Part shown: positions 60,317-64,000 of the stretch, one piece after another
Layout of the letters: each line of letters starts with the position of its first letter
Position numbering within the stretch: position 1 is the first letter of the stretch
Virus record (IMG/VR): IMGVR_UViG_3300025141_013863
Location: 26,333-90,332 of that record
DNA: 64,000 nt
From: a virus
Reading direction: 5' to 3' (one strand)
Translations under genes and position numbers: made by a program
Notes under the pieces: generated by a model
Seen by the model: only the letters and a program-made list of their open reading frames with translations
Database searches by the model: none
What the model was told of the DNA's origin: nothing

Positions 60317-60738
60317 AGAAAAATGATCTAAAGGCCTTAATTAAGCCTCTTGTCAAAGAGTGCATTCACGAGGTTCTTCTGGAAGAAGGGCTTCTCTCCA
60401 ACGTTGTAGCAGAAGTTGCAAAAGGGATGCAGGGAAATCTTGTTGTTGAAGCTCAACAAAAGTCGGCCAACCACATAGTCAATGAGGACTTGCAAGTTAA
60501 ACGCAGGTCGCAAGAAGCTAGAGCCAAGTTGAAAGCACATCGCGCAAAGTTAATGGATACGATTAATGCTGGGGCTTATAATGGTGTTGACTTGTTTGAG
60601 GGTACCGCTCCGATGAGTTCTTATGAGACCTCATCACCCAAGGGCGGCTCTGTTGATTTGGGCAGTCCGAAGGATGCAGGAGTCGACATCTCTTCATTGG
60701 TAGGCGGCGCCTCTCAAATTTGGAAAGCAATGAAATAG
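60313..60738 (+). CDS. Hypothetical protein with leader-like N-terminus (MKKNDLKALIKPLVKECIHEVLLEEG)
   Basis: Amphipathic K/E leader variant. Confidence 0.55.
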   Translation: MKKNDLKALIKPLVKECIHEVLLEEGLLSNVVAEVAKGMQGNLVVEAQQKSANHIVNEDLQVKRRSQEARAKLKAHRAKLMDTINAGAYNGVDLFEGTAPMSSYETSSPKGGSVDLGSPKDAGVDISSLVGGASQIWKAMK

Positions 60739-60745
60739 GATTAAA

Positions 60746-60988
60746 ATGAGTAGAAAAGCAAATGTGATTGTTACCGCTAAAGAGTGCAGAAACAACAACG
60801 ATCGATTAATTCGCAAGTTTAACAAAAAAGTTAAAAAAGAACGAATTATAGAACAAGTTAAAGACAGAAGAAGGTATAAAAAACCATCAGTTGTAAAGAA
60901 AGAAAAACGCCGGCGCGCCGCCAGAAACAGACAGAGAGAGCAATTAAAAAGACAAAGAGCGCAAGAAAGGCGCAATAGAAGAAATTAA
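60746..60988 (+). CDS. rpsU: Phage-encoded ribosomal protein bS21
   Basis: DRLIRKFNKKVKKERIIEQVKDRRRYKKPSVVKKEKRRRA aligns by eye with the bS21 core (ALRRFKR...EVRRREFYEKP...RK). Confidence 0.8.
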   Translation: MSRKANVIVTAKECRNNNDRLIRKFNKKVKKERIIEQVKDRRRYKKPSVVKKEKRRRAARNRQREQLKRQRAQERRNRRN

Positions 60989-60990
60989 TG

Positions 60991-61000
60991 ACTATTTATA
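60991..61000 (+). promoter_or_regulatory. Candidate late promoter motif ACTATTTATA
   Basis: Intergenic, ~30 nt before ATG 61030 with an AGGAG RBS; identical to 36833. Confidence 0.5.
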
Positions 61001-61029
61001 TTGAATAGCCATTTTTTAGGAGTTTTATA

Positions 61030-61527
61030 ATGGGAGCAAATTCGTGGAACTTATCGCCGGGGTTACAAAATGTCGGCTCGTATCAGGTTAGTGGCGCGCC
61101 TTATGTAACAGCATCGGTAGTTGTGCCAGCCAGCGCAAGCTTAAGCGGTGACGACGAAGGTTCTGCCGCGGCCACGATGTGTGTACGATTTCCGTATGTA
61201 ACACAATGGTTTGAGGTTAGGGTTTCAGGTTCTGGCCACGAGCAAACCGAGCGCGCCATTCGTGTCGGATTTAGCGCCGAAGGCCTATCAGATCCAATTG
61301 TCTCTAGCGGCGTGAAAACAAGAGGGGGCAACTATTTTCACTTGCCTTATGACGTTACTGGCTCCTACTCTCCCACTCGTTATGAGCTAAAGGTCACAGA
61401 ATTACATTTAATGTCCAATCATAATGTTGCAGCAAAAGTTGATATTGTTGCTGGATTAACAAATATTGCAGTCGGCCGAGCCGAAGGCTCTGCTGGCGCC
61501 AACTGGTCTGGTTCTTCTGGAGTATAA
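61030..61527 (+). CDS. Putative virion protein
   Basis: PGLQNVGSYQVSG start, SGS/TGS motifs, precedes the tail fibre. Confidence 0.55.
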   Translation: MGANSWNLSPGLQNVGSYQVSGAPYVTASVVVPASASLSGDDEGSAAATMCVRFPYVTQWFEVRVSGSGHEQTERAIRVGFSAEGLSDPIVSSGVKTRGGNYFHLPYDVTGSYSPTRYELKVTELHLMSNHNVAAKVDIVAGLTNIAVGRAEGSAGANWSGSSGV

Positions 61528-61532
61528 ACTAG

Positions 61533-61619
61533 ATGGCAAAGTTCGGCCGGGCACACGTTGACAGCACAGCAGTCACCGCAGGAAAGTTTGTGATTAAACT
61601 TTATGGCAACGCATTTTAA
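61533..61619 (+). pseudogene. 28-codon remnant resembling the tail-fibre start
   Basis: MAKFGRAHVD versus MAKFGWAYID at 61726. Confidence 0.45.
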
Positions 61620-61725
61620 TATTCTTAATGCCTCTTATCAATGCAGCCTCTATTTATAATGAAAGAGGAGAATTAAATGGTTCCAAGCAACATTTTAAGA
61701 TCTGACCCCGCGAGGCTTGCTTAGC

Positions 61726-64000
61726 ATGGCTAAGTTTGGATGGGCGTATATTGATTGTGACTCTGCTGAGTCTGGCTCTGCCGGCCCTAGCGGATCTTTG
61801 CAGTTTATGTATGCTGATACTGGCCAGACCACCGGTTCGGCATATTTAACATATTACACTGCTTCTGTTCTTGGGTATGATCCAAGTTCTTTAATTCTAT
61901 CTGGAAACTTCATCGCAACAGGTTCGGCTACTGTGGAGGCAGATCTTTCTGTTGGGGATAACCTAACTTTAACTAGTGACTCTTCTGTTATTAGTTTGGG
62001 CGACGGCGCTGACGCGACCTTGACCCATGATGGCACCACTGGTTTAACTATTGCTGCTACTCCAATTTCTATCAATTCAACAGGAGATTTAACATTAGAT
62101 TCTAGCACAGACATTGTGCTTTCTGGCTCTTCAGAGGTAAGAGTTGAAAACGATCTTCGCCTCGATAGCGATTCTTCAGTTCTTTCAATGGGTGCTGGCA
62201 ATGATGTTACCTTGACCCATGATGGCACCACTGGTTTAACTATTGCTGCTACTCCAATTTCAATTGATTCTACTGGAGAGCTGCACCTTAACTCAACAAC
62301 TGGTGATATCAAACTTCAAGATGGCGGCACGGACCAGATCGCATTTGATCTTGACGGAACAGCTGGCGAAGTTATCATGAAGCCGGCCGTCGATTCGGAT
62401 GATTTTGTTATTGCGCAATATGATGGTACAGAAGTTATCCGCATTGAAGACAACGGCGATTTTGATGTTGCCGGCGGAGCCGGATCTTCTGGAGTAACAA
62501 TTACTTCTGCTGGTGTATTGACTGCTGATGGCAGAATTATTACTGACGATACAACCGAAGCCACTTCTACTACTGATGGCTCTTTACAGACTGATGGTGG
62601 CTTAAGTGTTGCTAAGAGCGCTGTTATCGGTGATGACTTGGATCTGTTGTCAGATGGGGCTATCATTAATTTTGGTGCTAGCAAAGAGATTGTTTTAACT
62701 CACGTTGCTGATACTGGATTAACTCTTGAATCAAGCGCCGCAAGCACGCCAGTATTTGAGATCAAGAATACTCACAATGGTGCAACAGCCGGAATACTTA
62801 AATTTAATAACACCGAAGCCGGCAACGATGGCGCCGATGGTGATGATCTTGGAAGTATTACTTTCTGGGGAAATGACGATGGGACACCAAGCGTCCAACA
62901 GTATGCAGGAATCCTTGCAGAAATTTCAGACGCATCTTCTGGCGCCGAAGGTGGAAAGTTAAGCCTTCAGGTGGCAGAGCATGATGGTACCGTTACCACC
63001 GGCCTTTTGCTGCAAGACGGAAATGCTGATGGTGAAATTGATGTCACAATCGGCGCAGGCGCAGATTCTCTCACCACAATTGCAGGCGACTTAGACATAC
63101 CAAATGGCGGATTTGCTTTAGGATCCGACGCATCTGGCGATATGTATTATCGAAATGGTAGTGGTGTTCTAACTCGGATCGCAGTCGGCAGCGATAACCA
63201 TGTGCTTACTTTAGATGGTGCGGTACCCGGCTGGGAAGCTGCTAGCTCTGGCGGCGCAGTATCCGCAGTCGCAAACGGCTCCGATAATAGAATAGCAACA
63301 TTTAGCTCTTCTGACGCATTAAATGGTGAAGCTAATCTTACTTTTGATGGTACAGATTTGGCAGCTACACTAGATACAGCAACATTTACATCGGTTAACT
63401 CGACAGATCCTCTTATTGTTATCAAAAATACTACGAATGATGCTAATGGCGCCCGCCTTAGATTTGTTAAAGATAAGGGCGCCGCCGGCGCCGCTAATGA
63501 TGATGTGGGATTAATTGAATTCTATGGCGATGATGCAAACCAAGATCAGGTATTGTTTGGTCGCATTAGAACGCGTGTCGCAGTACACACAAATGGCCAG
63601 GAAGGCGGAAAGATGCATCTTTCAGTTGCCTCACACGATGGAGAATTAAATCACGGCCTTATTATTGGAGATGGAGATGCCGAAGATGAGGTTGATGTTA
63701 CGATCGGTAATGGTTCCGCATCTCTCACAACTGTTGCGGGACAACTTTCTGGTGCTGCTGGTATAAGCGGCCTAACAGGAACTTTTGAAGAAGGCTTGTC
63801 AGTTGGTAACTCTACAGTAATAAGCGCCGACAAGGCAGTCGCAAACGTGACAACTGTTTCTGGTTCTGGTGGAGTAAGTGGCTTAACAGGAACCTTTGAA
63901 GAAGGAGTGTCAGTTGGAAACGCAACTATAATTGATGCGGATAAAAACCTTACAAATGTTGCAAGCATTACTGCGGGTGGGGACCTAACCGTAACTGGTG
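61726..64000 (+). CDS. Tail fibre-like protein (3'-truncated by the window end)
   Basis: Frame from ATG 61726 (MAKFGWAYIDCDSAESGSAGPSGSLQF) appears open to the window end; G/S/T/D-rich with internal repeats; absent from the ORF track, consistent with having no stop. Confidence 0.75.
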   Translation, partial: MAKFGWAYIDCDSAESGSAGPSGSLQFMYADTGQTTGSAYLTYYTASVLGYDPSSLILSGNFIATGSATVEADLSVGDNLTLTSDSSVISLGDGADATLTHDGTTGLTIAATPISINSTGDLTLDSSTDIVLSGSSEVRVENDLRLDSDSSVLSMGAGNDVTLTHDGTTGLTIAATPISIDSTGELHLNSTTGDIKLQDGGTDQIAFDLDGTAGEVIMKPAVDSDDFVIAQYDGTEVIRIEDNGDFDVAGGAGSSGVTITSAGVLTADGRIITDDTTEATSTTDGSLQTDGGLSVAKSAVIGDDLDLLSDGAIINFGASKEIVLTHVADTGLTLESSAASTPVFEIKNTHNGATAGILKFNNTEAGNDGADGDDLGSITFWGNDDGTPSVQQYAGILAEISDASSGAEGGKLSLQVAEHDGTVTTGLLLQDGNADGEIDVTIGAGADSLTTIAGDLDIPNGGFALGSDASGDMYYRNGSGVLTRIAVGSDNHVLTLDGAVPGWEAASSGGAVSAVANGSDNRIATFSSSDALNGEANLTFDGTDLAATLDTATFTSVNSTDPLIVIKNTTNDANGARLRFVKDKGAAGAANDDVGLIEFYGDDANQDQVLFGRIRTRVAVHTNGQEGGKMHLSVASHDGELNHGLIIGDGDAEDEVDVTIGNGSASLTTVAGQLSGAAGISGLTGTFEEGLSVGNSTVISADKAVANVTTVSGSGGVSGLTGTFEEGVSVGNATIIDADKNLTNVASITAGGDLTVTG
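62017..62261 (+). repeat. Exact 53-bp direct repeat (62017-62069 and 62209-62261), 192-bp period
   Basis: accttgacccatgatggcaccactggtttaactattgctgctactccaatttc occurs twice (TLTHDGTTGLTIAATPI). Confidence 0.9.

Noticed and set aside
2415-63968. Numerous minus-strand and alternate-frame ORFs in the supplied track
   Set aside because: They are shadows overlapping longer + strand genes with recognisable motifs or operon coupling, and show no motifs of their own.
1-64000. Stop-codon reassignment (TAG recoding seen in some large phages)
   Set aside because: ORFs up to 9.4 kb are intact in the standard code, and TAG ends several genes just before a new RBS and start.

Overview
A 64-kb segment of a large, AT-rich, T4-like tailed phage genome. 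Essentially all genes lie on the + strand, tightly packed with many TAATG/ATGA stop-start overlaps, and use the standard genetic code. Order: (1) 1-3.8 kb, nucleotide-sugar/heptose-type enzyme cluster; (2) 3.9-5.6 kb, small genes including a gp55-like late sigma factor; (3) 5.6-40.4 kb, baseplate/tail module (M23 peptidase hub protein with a truncated paralog, 2209-aa and 3138-aa giant proteins, gp25- and gp6-like wedge proteins); (4) 40.4-47.6 kb, RuvC-like resolvase, primase, fused SbcD-SbcC and a tubulin/FtsZ-family protein; (5) 47.6-61 kb, candidate lysis genes, large terminase, portal, prohead protease and a phage-encoded ribosomal protein bS21; (6) a repeat-rich tail-fibre gene running off the right end. 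Strongest unexplained signals: a dispersed family of unrelated small proteins sharing an N-terminal MKITKSQLKQIIKEELEE leader (near-identical DNA in four copies), a candidate capsid-targeting and protease-activated cargo system; heavy over-representation of GGCGCC and GCCGGC; strong [ST]GS enrichment in tail proteins near a sugar-biosynthesis cluster; and a recurring CTATTTATA motif upstream of late genes. All calls come from motif recognition by eye; no database searches were run and counts are approximate hand tallies.
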